Source of the DNA: Pristiophorus japonicus
Lineage: Eukaryota
DNA length: 64,000 nt
NCBI RefSeq assembly: GCF_044704955.1
Contig: NC_091999.1
Span: 60,140,001 to 60,204,000 of the forward strand
Reading direction: 5' to 3'
Under the pieces are notes generated by a model. That model did not search any database and was not told the origin of the DNA. It was given only the letters and a program-made list of their open reading frames with translations. Made by a program: the position numbers and the translations under genes. Positions 12,130 through 23,505 of the stretch are shown here, in pieces; position 1 is the first letter of the stretch; each line of letters starts with the position of its first letter.

Positions 12130-13207
12130 TGGGTTTAGTCAAAGCAGGAATCGAACTGTGAGGAGAACTGGACTCCATGAGAAGTAGAGAGACACATTGA
12201 GAGACAGAGACAAACCGACAAACAGGGAGAGACAGACAACGAGAGAGAGAGAACGAGAGACAGAAAGTGTGAGACTCAGAAGGAGAGGCAGACGCAGTGA
12301 GAAAAAACTCAAACACATACATATACAGAGATATGTGTGTGTGCTCTATAAAGAGAGAGAGGGAAAGAGTGAGACAAAGACAGTGTTAATGACAGTGACA
12401 AGGACAGAGACAGATAGAGAGAGAGCGACAGATAGAGAGAGAGACAAAGATATAAACAGACAATGATGGAAATACTCAGCAGGTTAGAGACAGGAACTAA
12501 CAGCGACAGGCAAAGAGAGACAGATAGGCAGAAACATAGACAGACAGAGATGATGGGAAAAAGAGAGACAGTCAGACAGAGTGATTGAGAGAATCCCATT
12601 CGAACAGAACTGGACACCGTGAGAAAGAGACAGACACATTGAGAGACAGAGACAAACAGGGAAACAGGGAGAGACAGACAGCGAGATAGAGACAGAGAGA
12701 GACAGAAAGTTTTAGACTGAGAGGGAGGGTCAGACTGAGTGAGACAAAGACTCAAACACTTACATACACAGAGATGTGTTTGCGTGCGCCATAAAGAGAG
12801 GGAGGCAAATAGTGATGGAATGACAAGAAAAAGACAGAGACAGATAGAGAGAAAGACAGATAGAGAGAGAGAGACACACACAGAAATAAGAACAGAAAAT
12901 AATGGAATGACTCATCAGGCGAGAGACAGGGTCCAACACAGACAGAGATGATGGGAAATAGTGAGACGGTCAGACAGAGAGAATCCCTTTGGAACAGAAT
13001 TGGACACAGTGAGAACGAGACAGAGGCAGACTTCGAGAGACAAAGACTCAAACACAGACACAGCTTTCGAAAGAGAGAGGCAGAGACTGAGCGACACAGA
13101 TACATTTCATTATCTGCTCAGAGTATCACCGAAACATGCAAATGCAACAGATCTAAATCGGGTAATACTGAGCAGCATGGGAAATAATTTCTGTTTAATT
13201 AAACAAT

Positions 13208-13290
13208 TACCAGGAGTGGGATTCGAACCCACACAGTTATAAATCCATTGGATTTTAAGTCCAACACCTTAACCACTCGGCCATCCTGGT
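13208..13290 (-). tRNA. TRL-TAA: tRNA-Leu(TAA), best-preserved copy, possibly functional
   Basis: Revcomp ACCAGGATGGCCGAGTGGTTAAGGTGTTGGACTTAAAATCCAATGGATTTATAACTGTGTGGGTTCGAATCCCACTCCTGGTA; acceptor, anticodon and T stems pair; A and B boxes intact. Confidence 0.85.
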
Positions 13291-13808
13291 CCGGGCAGAA
13301 ACGGGTTTTGTCTCTGTCAGAATTTGGGCTTCAACTCCACCCCCACAGACACACACATACACAGAGGGTTTCAGGGAGCATTTTCGAACATTTTTCGTGA
13401 TATTGACACGGGGCAACTCTCCTATTCTTTTTCAAGTAATGCTCTGGGACCTTTCACATCCATCCGATGATGCAGGCGGAGCTTTAATTTCACATTTCAT
13501 CCGATGGTCAACAGCTTCAACAATGCAAAATTCCCGAAGTAATGCATTTGAGTGTCAGCCAAGATGATGCGCTCAAGTCTCAGGAGAGGGACTTACACAC
13601 TCGGCCTTTTGAATGGAGCCACTGAAACAAAGCCGATAACAAAGATCACAACCGTATTATTTTCCCCAAGTTCTTTTAAAAGTTCCAGGACATACCAAAT
13701 TCTTGGTGATGATTTCCACAGACAGTTGCACATACACAGAGACATATATACAGATAGACATACACAGACACACACACACATAAAATAACCAAAAATATAC
13801 ACGCATCA

Positions 13809-14535
13809 ACATAGAAACATAGAAACATAGAAATTAGTTGCAGGAGTTGGCCATTCGGCCCTTCGAGCCTGCACCACGATTCAATAAGATCATGGCTGAT
13901 CATTCAACCTCAGTACCTATATCCTCCTTTCTCTCCATATCCCTTGATCCGTTGAGCCGTAAGTGCCATATCTGACTCCCTCTTCAATATATCTAACGAA
14001 CTGGCTTCAACAACTTTCTGCGGTAGAGAATTCCACAGGTTAACCACTCTCTGAATGAAGCTGTTTCTCCTCATCTTGGTCCTAAATGGCTTACCCCTTA
14101 TTCTGAGACTGTGACCCCTGGTTCTCGAACTCCCCAGCAACAGAAACATTCTTCCTGCCTCTCACTTGTCCAATCTCGTCAGAATTTGATATGTTTCTAT
14201 GAGATCCTCTCTCATTCTTCTAAACTCCAGTGGATACCAGCAGAGTTGATCCAGTCTATCCTCATATGTCAGTCCTGCCATCCCTGGAATCAAGCTGGTG
14301 AACCTTCGCTGTGCTCCATCAATAGCAAGGACGTCCTTCCTCAGATTTGGAGACCAAAACTAACAAAATATTTAATGTGTGGCTTCACCAAGGCCCTGTA
14401 CAACTGCAGGAAGACTTCCCTGCTCCTATATTCAAAGCACCTAGCTATGAAGGCGAACATGCCATTTTCCTTCTTCACTGCCTGTTGCGCTTGCATGCCC
14501 ACTTTCAATGACAGATGTACCATGACACCCAGATC
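13809..14535 (-). mobile_element. CR1 3' fragment inserted in the tRNA unit (copy 1 of 3)
   Basis: (CATAGAAA)n tail; ORFs with RTRGHSLRIRGKPFRT and LGVMVHLSLKVG. Confidence 0.9.
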
Positions 14536-15049
14536 AAGATATACACAGAGTGCCTTAGACAAATAGACGGATAGGCAGGCAGGGTCACTGTCGCTGCTTT
14601 GGCTGGCTTTTGCGTTTTTCCGTCGAGAATGCTGCCACTGAACCAAAGCCAATGCAAAAGTTCACATCTGTATTATTTTCTCCAAGTCTTTTGAAAAAGT
14701 TCCAGGACTGTGATGATTTCCACAGACAGTTGCACATACACAGAGACATATATACAGATAGACAGACACAGAAACACACACACAAACACACACACACATA
14801 ACCAAAAATATACATGCACCAACGGACATGCACAGATGCCTTTGACATATCGAGGGATAGACAGGCTGAGTCACTGCTTTGGCTGATTTTTGCATTTTTC
14901 TATCCGTATGTATCGTGAATATTGGAGACTAATAGAAATGTGAAAAAAATGTCAGTGTTGAAAGGTGTGGGACGTTATTCCATCTATCTCAGGATCAGTT
15001 TTGCCAAAACCTGGTTAAATTGTAAAATGGAATGAAAAATGCTGAGAAT

Positions 15050-15131
15050 CGTAGTCGGCAGGATTCTAACCTACGCGCAGAAAACCCAAAGTATTTCTAG
15101 TCCATCGCTTTAACCACTCGGCCACAATTAC
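15050..15131 (-). pseudogene. TRS-AGA: tRNA-Ser(AGA), degenerate
   Basis: Revcomp GTAATTGTGGCCGAGTGGTTAAAGCGATGGACTAGAAATACTTTGGG...GGTTAGAATCCTGCCGACTACG; B box TTC changed to TTA, anticodon stem mismatches. Confidence 0.8.
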
Positions 15132-15348
15132 TGCATCTCTGGCACTTTAAATGTTACTCAGAAAAAATTCAGTCGTCCATCTCTGTGAAGCAGTCGGCAA
15201 CAGAATCCTGAAAAAGTCTCCGTTTGCAAAAAATCTGGAAGAGGCAATCTCCTCTTACTGTATTTTTACTGTTCTATATTGCTCTGGAACTTTTTAATAA
15301 AATCTATACAAAGAAACAGAAGTAAAATTCGACATTTTGAAAAAACTG

Positions 15349-15421
15349 CTGCGCCGTCGGGAAATTGAACCCAGTTCTCCCGCATAACAAGCGGGAATAA
15401 TCACCACTATATGGACGACGG
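15349..15421 (-). pseudogene. TRD-GTC: tRNA-Asp-derived pseudogene
   Basis: Revcomp ...TATAGTGGTGATTATTCCCGCTTGTTATGCGGGAGAACTGGGTTCAATTTCCCGACGG. Confidence 0.7.
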
Positions 15422-16491
15422 TACGGGTTGCGTTAGAGCAGTAATCGAGCTGTGAACAGAAGTCGACAGACACATTGATCGACAGAGACAAACCGACAAA
15501 CAGGGATAGACAGACAGCGAGAGAGAGAGAGACAACGCGAGACAGAAAGGGTGAGACTGAAAAGTGAGGCAGACTCAGTGAGAAAAAGACTCAAACGCCT
15601 ACATATAAAGAGAGAGAGGAAAGAGTGAGAGAAAGACAGTGACAAGGAGAGAGACAGATAGAGAGAGAGCGACAGATAGAGAGAGAGACAGATATAAACA
15701 GAAAATGATGGAAATACTCAGCAGGTGAGAGGTAGAAACTACCAGCGACAGGCAAAGAGAGACAGATAGGCAGAAACATAGACAGACAGAGATGATGGGA
15801 AAGAATGAGACAGTCAGACAGAGAGACTGAGTGAATCCCTTTCGAACAGAACTGGACACCGTGAGAAAGAGACAGACACATTCAGAACCAAATACAAACA
15901 GGGAAACAGGGAGAGACAGACAGTGAGATAGAGACAAAGAGAGACAGAAAGTTTGAGACTGAAAGGGAGGATCAGACTGAATGAGAAAAAGACTCAAACA
16001 CATACATACACAGAGATGTACTTGCGTGCTCCAAAAAGAGAGGGGGGCAAATAGTGATGGAATGACAGAGAAAAGGACAGGGACAAAGAGAGAGAAAAAG
16101 AGGAAGACAGATAGAGAGAAAGACAGAAAATAATGGAAATACTTATCAGGTTAGAGACAGAGACAGGCAAGGACATTGACAGACAGAGATAATGGGACAG
16201 AGAGAGAGAGTCAGACAGAGAGTCTGAGAGAATACCATTGCAACAGTACTAGACACCGTGAGAAAGAGACAGATTGAGAGACAGCGACAGACAGAGTGGG
16301 TCAGAGAGAGACAAAGTCTCAAACACACAAACACATGCACAGCTCTCGAAAGAGAGAGAGAGCAGCAGAGACATTTCACAATTTCATTTCATGCTCAGAG
16401 TGTCACAGCGTTACATAAAACTGGAGATTCAGCAGATGAAAATCGGGTATCACTGAGCAGGATGGCAAAAATCTCTGTTTAATTAAGGAAT

Positions 16492-16574
16492 TACGAGGAG
16501 TGGGGTTCGAACCCACGCGGGTATAAACCCACTGGATCTTAAGTCTAACGCCTTTACCACTCCGCCATCCGGGT
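16492..16574 (-). tRNA. TRL-TAA: tRNA-Leu(TAA), acceptor/D-stem mismatches, probably pseudo
   Basis: Revcomp ACCCGGATGGCGGAGTGGTAAAGGCGTTAGACTTAAGATCCAGTGGGTTTATACCCGCGTGGGTTCGAACCCCACTCCTCGTA. Confidence 0.7.
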
Positions 16575-17093
16575 CCTGAACCTGTCAGAGGTTGGACTCT
16601 GCCTCTGTGAGAATCTGGGCTTCAGCTCCAGACACATCGGATTTCAGGGAGCATTTACAAACATTTTTCGTTATATTGACACGGGCGCAACTCTCCTATT
16701 ATTTTTCGACTAAAGCTCTGGGAACTTACACATCCACCCGAGGGTGCAGATGGAGCTTCAATTTAAAATTTCAGCCGATGGTCAACAGCTTCAACAATGC
16801 AACATTCCCCAAGTACTGCATTTGAGTGTCAGCCAAGATTATGGGTTCAAGTCTCAGGAGTGGGACTTACACACACAACCTCCTGATTCAGTCGAGAAAG
16901 GAGCCACTGAACCAAAACCGATACCAAAGTTCACAACTGTATTATTTTACCCCAAGTTTTTTAAAAAGTTCCAGGACGTACCAAATTCATGGTGATGATT
17001 TCCACAGACAGTTGCACATACACAGAGACATACATACAGATAGACATACACAGACACACGACACAGACAATAACCAACAATATACACGCATCA

Positions 17094-17812
17094 ACATAGA
17101 AACATAGAAATTAGGTGCAGGAATATGCCATTCGGCCCTTTGAGCCTGCACTACCATTTAATAACATCATGGCTGATCATTCAACCTCATTACCCCTTTC
17201 CTGCTTCCTCTCTATACCCCTTCATCCCTTTAGCCGTAAGGGCAATATCTAACTCCCTTTTGAATATATCTAACGTACTGGCCTCAACGACTTTCTGCAA
17301 TGGAAATTTTCACTGGTTATCCACTCTCTGAGTGAAGACGTTTCTCTTCATCTCGGTTTCTAAATGGCTTACCCCTTACTCTTAGACTCTGATCCTTGGT
17401 CTCGAACTCCCCAGCAGCGAGAACATGCTTCCAGCCTCTAAGCTGTCCAATCTCGTCAGAATTTTTCATGTTTCTTCTGATCTACTCTCAATCTTCTAAA
17501 CTCCAGTGGATACCAGCCCAGTTCATCCAGTCTCTCCTCATATGTCAGTCCTGCCATCCCAGGAATCATGCTGGTGAACTTTCGCTGTACTCCCTCAATA
17601 GCAAGGACGTCCTTCCTCAGATTCGGAGACCAAAACTGAACACAGTATTCCAGGTGTGGCCTCACGGAGGCCATGTACAAATGCAGTAAGATCTCCCTGC
17701 TCCTATACTCAAATCCGCTAGCTATGAAGGGGAACATGCCATTAGCCTTCTTCACCGCCTGCTGCACCTGCACACCAACAATCAATGACTGATGTACCAT
17801 GGCACCCAGGTC
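17094..17812 (-). mobile_element. CR1 3' fragment in the tRNA unit (copy 2, same junctions as 13809-14535)
   Basis: ACGCATCAAC|ATAGAAAC left junction, CCCAGGTCAAG|ATATA right junction; HLEYCVQFWSP ORF. Confidence 0.9.
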
Positions 17813-18039
17813 AAGATATACATAGATTGCCTTTGACAAGTAGATGGATAGACAGGCAGGGTCACTGTCGCTACTTTGGCTGATTTTTGCGTTTTTCTAT
17901 CCGTATGAATCATGAATATTGCAGATTAATAAAAATGAGAAATAGATGTCAGTGTTGAAATGTGTGGGACGTTATTCTGCCTATCTCAGGATCCGTTTTG
18001 CAAAAACCTGGTTAAATTGTAAAGAAAAATGCTGTGAAT

Positions 18040-18121
18040 CGTAGTCTGCAGGATTCGAAACTACAAGCAGCAAACCGACAGGACTTCTAGACCTTCGCTT
18101 TAACCACTCGGCAACAACTAC
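18040..18121 (-). pseudogene. TRS-AGA: tRNA-Ser(AGA)-derived pseudogene
   Basis: Revcomp GTAGTTGTTGCCGAGTGGTTAAAGCGAAGGTCTAGAAGTCC...TTCGAATCCTGCAGACTACG. Confidence 0.72.
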
Positions 18122-18338
18122 TGCGTCTCTGGCACTTTAAATGTTATTCAGAAAAAACTCAGTCATCCATCTCTGTGCAACAGACGGCCACAGAATCCTG
18201 AAAAAGTCTCCGTTTGCAAAAGATCTGTAAGAGGCAATCTCCTCTTGCTGTATTTTTACTGTTCTATATTGATGTGGAACTTTTTAATAAAAACTATACC
18301 AAGAAACAGAAGTAAAATTCAACATTTTGAAAAAGCTG

Positions 18339-18411
18339 CTTTTCCGTCGGGGAATTGAACCTGGTTCTCCCACGTAAAAGGGGGGCAGAATCGGCATGAC
18401 ACGGACGAGGG
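18339..18411 (-). pseudogene. TRD-GTC: tRNA-Asp-derived relic, heavily decayed
   Basis: 3' half GGTTCAATTCCCCGACGG retained; same position in the unit as the other Asp copies. Confidence 0.6.
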
Positions 18412-19593
18412 AACGGGTTGCGTCAGAGCAGTAATCGAGCTGTGAACAGAAGTCGACAGAAGCATTGATCGACAGAGACAAACCGATAAACAGAGATAGA
18501 CAGTCAGCGAGAGAGAGACAACGAGAGACAGAAAGGGTGAGACTGAAAAGTCAGTCAGAGTCAGCGAGAAAAAGACTCAAACACCTACATATACAGCGAT
18601 GCGTGTGTGTGATCTATAAAAAGAGAGAGGGAAAGAGTGAGAGAAAGACAGTGATAAAGCAGTGACAAGGTGAGAGACAGATGGAGAGAGAGCGACAGAC
18701 AGAGAGAGAGACAAAGATATAAACAGAAAATGATGGAAATACTCAGCAGGTTAGAGACAGGAACTACCAGCGACAGGCAAAGAGATACAGATAGGCAGAA
18801 ACATAGACAGACAGAGATGATGGGAAAGAGTGAGACAGTCAGACAGAGAGATTGAGAGAATCCCGTTCGAACAGAACTGGACACGGTGAGAAAGAGACAG
18901 ACACATTGAGATCCAGAGACAAACAGGGAAACAGGGAGAGACAGACAGCGAGATAGAGACAAAGAGAGACATCAACTTTGAGTCTGAAAGGGAGGATCAG
19001 ACTGAATGAGAAAACGACTCAAACTCATACATACACAGAGATGTATTTGCATGCTCCATAAAGAGAGGGAGGCAAATTGTGATGGAATGACAGAGAAAAG
19101 GACAGGGACAAAGAGAGAGAAAAAGAGGGAGACAGATAGAGAGAAAGACAGATAGAGAGAGAGACATAGAGACAAAAACAGAAAATAATGGAAATACTTA
19201 TCAGGTTAGAGACAGAGACTAACAGAGACAGGCAAGGACATGGACAGACAGAGATAATGGGACAGAGAGAGGCAGTCAGACAGAGAGTCTGAGAGAATCC
19301 CATGGCAACAGAACTAGACACCGTGAGAAAGAGACAGATTGAGAGACAGAGACAAACAGAGAAACAGGGACAAACAGAGTGGGTCAGAGAGAGGTAGACT
19401 GAGAGGGACAAAGACTCAAACACACAAACACAAACACAGCTCTCTAAAGAGAGAGAGCGACACAGATACATTTCAAAATTTCATTTCTTTTTCGGCTCAG
19501 AGTGTCACAGAGTTACAGAAAATTGGAGATTCAGCAGATGAAAATCGGGTATCACTGAGCAGGATGGGAAAAATCTCCGTTTTATTAAGGAAT

Positions 19594-19677
19594 TACCAGA
19601 AGGCGGGGTTTGAACCCACCCGGGTATAAACCCATTACATCTTAAGTCCAACGCCTTTACTACTCGGCCATCCTGGT
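19594..19677 (-). pseudogene. TRL-TAA: tRNA-Leu(TAA) pseudogene
   Basis: Revcomp ACCAGGATGGCCGAGTAGTAAAGGCGTTGGACTTAAGATGTAATGG...GGTTCAAACCCCGCCTTCTGGTA. Confidence 0.75.
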
Positions 19678-20210
19678 CCTGATCCTGTCAGTGGTTGGAC
19701 TCTATCTCTGTGAGAATCTGGGCTTCAGCTCCACCCCCACAGTGACACACAGACACATTGGATTTCAGGGAGCATTTACGAACATTTTTAGTAATATTGA
19801 CACGGGCGCAGCTCTCCGATTCTTTTTCGACTAAGGCTCTGGGAACTTTTACATCCACCCGAGGGTGCAGATAGAGCTTCAATTTAAAATTTCAGCCGAT
19901 GGTCAACAGATTCAATAATGCAACATTCCCCAAGTACTGCATTTGAGTGTCATCCAAGATGATGTGTTCAAGTCTCAGGAGTGGGTCTCACACACAACCT
20001 CCTGATTCAGTCGAGAATGGAGCCACTGAACCAAAACCGATATCAAAGATCACAACCGTATTATTTTCCCCAAGTTTTTTAAAAAGTTCCAGGACGTACC
20101 AAATTCATGGTGATGATTTCCACAGACATTTGCACATACACAGAGATATACATACAGATAGACATACACAGATACACGCACACACAATAATCAAAAATAT
20201 ACACGCATCA

Positions 20211-20867
20211 ACATGGAAACATAGAGACATAGAAATTAGGTGCAGGAATATGACATTCGGCCATTCGAGCCTGCACCACCATTCAATAAGATCATGGCTC
20301 ATCATTCAACCTCAGTACCCATTTCCTGCTTTCTCTCCATACCCCTTGATCGCTTTAGCCATAAGGGGCATATCTAACTCCCTTTTGATTATATCTAACG
20401 AACTGGCCTCAACTACTTTCTGCGGTAGAAAATTTCACAGGATAACCACTCTCTGAGTGAATAGGTTTCTCGTCATCTCGGTCCTAAATGGCTTACCCCT
20501 TACTCTTCGACTCTAATCCTTGGTCGCATACTCCCCAGCAACGAGAACATTCTTCCAGTCTCTAAGCTGTCCAATCTCGTCAGAATTTTATATGTTTCTG
20601 TGTGATCCCCTTTCATTCTTCTAAACTCCAGTGGATACCAGTCCAGTTGATCCAGTCTCTCCTCAGATGTCAATCCTGCCATTGCGGGAATCATGCTGGT
20701 GAACCTTCGCTGTACTCCCTCAATATCAAGGACGTCCTTTCTCAGATTCGGGGACAAAAATTGAACACAACATTCCAGGTATGGCCTCACCAAGGCCCTG
20801 TACAACTGCAGTAAGACATCCCTGCTTCTATACTCAAATCACCTAGCTATGAAGGCGCACATGCCAT
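20211..20867 (-). mobile_element. CR1 3' fragment in the tRNA unit (copy 3, far end further deleted)
   Basis: Same left junction ACGCATCAAC|ATGGAAAC; ORF LYRALVRPYLECCVQF. Confidence 0.88.
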
Positions 20868-21145
20868 ATATAGAGATAGACAGACACAGAGACACACACA
20901 CACATAACCAAAAATTTGCACGCACCAACGGGCATGCACAGATGCCTTAGACATCTCGAGGGATAGACAGGCTGAATCACTGTCGCAACTTTGACTGATG
21001 TTTGCGATTTTTGAAACGGTTGTATCGTGAATATTGCAGATTAATAAAAATGAGAATAAAATGTCAGTGTTGAAAGGTGTGGGACGTTATTCCATCTATC
21101 TCAGGATCAGTTTGGCAGAGAACCGGAATGAAAAATGGTGAGAAT

Positions 21146-21225
21146 CGTAGTCGGCAGTATTCGAACCTGGCGGGATAACCCAATGGATTTCGAGTCCGTC
21201 GTCTTAACCACTCGGCCACGACTAC
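21146..21225 (-). tRNA. TRS-CGA: tRNA-Ser with a CGA anticodon on an AGA-type body, imperfect stems
   Basis: Revcomp GTAGTCGTGGCCGAGTGGTTAAGACGACGGACTCGAAATCCATTGGGTTATCCCGCCAGGTTCGAATACTGCCGACTACG. Confidence 0.7.
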
Positions 21226-21466
21226 TGTGTCTTTCAGGGACAGACAGAGTGAGTCAGACTGAGAGAGACAAAGACTCAAACATCCAAACACATGCTTAGT
21301 TCTCTGAAGAGAGAGAGGCAGAGACCGAGCGACACTGATACATTTCACAATTTCATTTCATTATCGGTTCAGAGTGTCACATTGTTGCAGAAAATTGCTG
21401 ATTGAACCGATTTAAATCCGGTTTTACTGATCAGAATGGGAGGAAATCCGTGTCAAATTAAAGAAA

Positions 21467-21548
21467 TACCTGGAGTGGGGTATGAACCCATGCGGGAAAA
21501 ACCCATTGAATTTTAAGCCCAACGCCTTAACCACTCGGCTATCCTGGT
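21467..21548 (-). pseudogene. TRL-TAA: tRNA-Leu(TAA) pseudogene
   Basis: Revcomp ACCAGGATAGCCGAGTGGTTAAGGCGTTGGGCTTAAAATTCAATGG...GGTTCATACCCCACTCCAGGTA. Confidence 0.75.
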
Positions 21549-21767
21549 CCTGTGAGAACGTGGTCCGTACTTGGCCTAAGAAAAAACTCAGTCATCCATG
21601 TCTGTGCAGCAGTCGGCCAAAGACTCCTGAAAAATTCTCCGTTGCTGAAAATCTGAACGAGGCAATCTCCTCTACCTGTATTTTTATCGTTCGATATTGC
21701 TCTGGAACATTTAATATGAATCTCTACCAAGAAACAGAAGTAACATTCTACATTTTTAAATAACTGC

Positions 21768-21839
21768 CTCCCCGTCGGGGAATTGAACCCCAGTCTCCAG
21801 CATGACAGGCGGGGATACTCAGCACTATACTAATGAGGA
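21768..21839 (-). tRNA. TRD-GTC: tRNA-Asp(GTC), best-preserved Asp copy (about 6 substitutions from the vertebrate consensus)
   Basis: Revcomp TCCTCATTAGTATAGTGCTGAGTATCCCCGCCTGTCATGCTGGAGACTGGGGTTCAATTCCCCGACGGGGAG. Confidence 0.78.
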
Positions 21840-22580
21840 ACTGACGGGTACCAGTTCTGTCAGAACAGGAATCGAGCCACTGTGAACAGAACTGGACACC
21901 ATGAGAAGTCGACAGACACATTGAGAGACAGAGACAAACCGACAAACAGGGAGAGACAGACAGCGAGATAGAGACAACGAGAGACAGAAAGTGTGAGACT
22001 GAGAAGGAGAGGCATACTGAGTGAGAAAAAGACTCAAACATATACATATACAGAGATGTGTGTGTGTGATCTATGAAGAGAGAGAAGGAAAGAGTGATAG
22101 AAAGACAATGATAAAGACAGTGACAAGCAGACAGATGGAGAGAGAGCGATAGAGACTAAAACAGAAAATGATGGAAATACTTCTCAGCTTACAGGCAGGG
22201 ACTAACACAGACAGGAAAAGGCATGGACAGACAGAAATGATGGGAAAGAGAGAGCCAGTCAGGCAAAGAGTCTGAGAGAATCCCATTGGAACAGACGTGG
22301 CACCGTGAGAAAGAGACAGATTGAGAGACAGAGACAAACAGAGAAACAGGGACAGACAGATTGAGTCAGACTGAGAGAGACAAAGACTCAAACATACAAA
22401 CACATACACAACTCTCTGAAGAGAGAGAGAGGCAGAGACCGAGCGACACAGATACAGTTCACAATTTCATTTCATTATCGGTACAGAGTGTCACATTGTT
22501 GGAGAATATTGCTGATTCAACCGATGAAAATCCGGTCTCATTGATCAGAATGGGAGGAAATCCGTGTTAAATTAAAGAAA

Positions 22581-22662
22581 TACCAGGAGTTGGGTACGAA
22601 CTCACGCGGGAAAAACCCATTGAATTTTAAGGCCAACGCCTCAACCACTCGGCTAGCCTGGT
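22581..22662 (-). pseudogene. TRL-TAA: tRNA-Leu(TAA) pseudogene, last copy of the array
   Basis: Revcomp ACCAGGCTAGCCGAGTGGTTGAGGCGTTGGCCTTAAAATTCAATGG...GAGTTCGTACCCAACTCCTGGTA. Confidence 0.75.
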
Positions 22663-23239
22663 CCTGTGAGAACCTGGATTCTGTCTCTGTGAGAATCTGG
22701 GCTTCAACCCCAACCCCACATACAAACACATGCACATCGGCTTTCAGTGAGCATTTACGAACATTTTTAGTAATATTGACTCGGGGGCAATATCCAGATA
22801 TTTTTGTTTTTGTATCCCCTCAAAACAATACTATTTAGATGATACTGCCTCTCCATGTTCCACCCAAAGTGCACCGCTTCTCAATTATCCGCATTAAATT
22901 GCACCTGCCATGTCCCGGCCCATTTCACTCGTCTCTCTGATTCCTCTTCAAGTCTGTTACTATCATGCTCACTATTGGCTACGTTGCCAGGTTTTGCTTC
23001 ATATTCGAACTTCGAGATGGAATCCCTATAACCAAGTCCAGGTCATTTTTATATAACAAGAACAACAATGGGAATTGAAATGGACCGTTTTAAGGAGAAA
23101 CTTCCAATTAACCGGATTTTGGAATGGTATTTAATTCGGATTATTTATTGAGTGGGAGGAAGGAGGAAACTCAAGAGACGTCCATTCAATAGGATGGAAT
23201 AGAGCCCAGGTCACAGTGCGCTGAGTAGGGAGAAATTGC

Positions 23240-23427
23240 TTCAGCTGTTTGGCGATGGACTACTCCCCCAAAATCACCAGCATTTCCTGGAAGAAAGATA
23301 AAATCACCAGCCTTTCCTGGAAGAAAGATAAAGAGCCGGTTAACCATCAGCGAGTCAGAGGTGTGCAGCAGCACCATCTACTGCGAGGTTTGACGTGGTG
23401 TGTCGGTCTGGGCCATCACAATGCTAG
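23240..23427 (+). pseudogene. IGHM: IgM heavy chain CH1 exon relic (5' part missing, 30-nt duplication, internal deletion with frameshift, stop codon)
   Basis: SCLAMDYSPKITSISWKKDK[ITSLSWKKDK]EP, then shifted frame LTISESEVCSSTIYCEV*RGVSVW; matches recalled shark Cmu1 (GCLAMDY.P.ITSVSWKKD.EP...LTITESEV.S..IYCEVRRG.SVW); donor G|GTTAGT at 23427/23428. Confidence 0.85.
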
Positions 23428-23505
23428 GTTAGTGATGTGGGATACAGGGCAAACTGTGATAAGAAGAGAAGGTATGTTCAACTTGTACAGAATGTTGGTT
23501 AGACG

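Larger units (their letters stand above)
4620..22790 (-). repeat. Degenerating tandem tRNA gene array; unit = Leu - old SINE - (CR1 fragment) - Ser - Asp - GA-rich spacer, about 2.2-3.3 kb
   Basis: Flanks and spacers recur in the same order; Leu copies at 4817, 10956, 13208, 16492, 19594, 21467 and 22581. Confidence 0.9.

Noticed and set aside
12058-15421. tRNA-Asn(GTT) genes
   Set aside because: Bodies and unit position are Asp-type; GTT is decay of GTC in damaged copies
5368-22570. Many Ser/Leu/Cys-rich or Arg/Glu-rich ORFs
   Set aside because: Translations of GA/CT microsatellite spacers
23212-23239. CACAGTG heptamer, 12-nt spacer and AGAAATTGC just before the CH1 relic, as a possible RSS
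   Set aside because: Nonamer matches only 5 of 9, no V/D/J coding flank is adjacent, and the heptamer is common by chance
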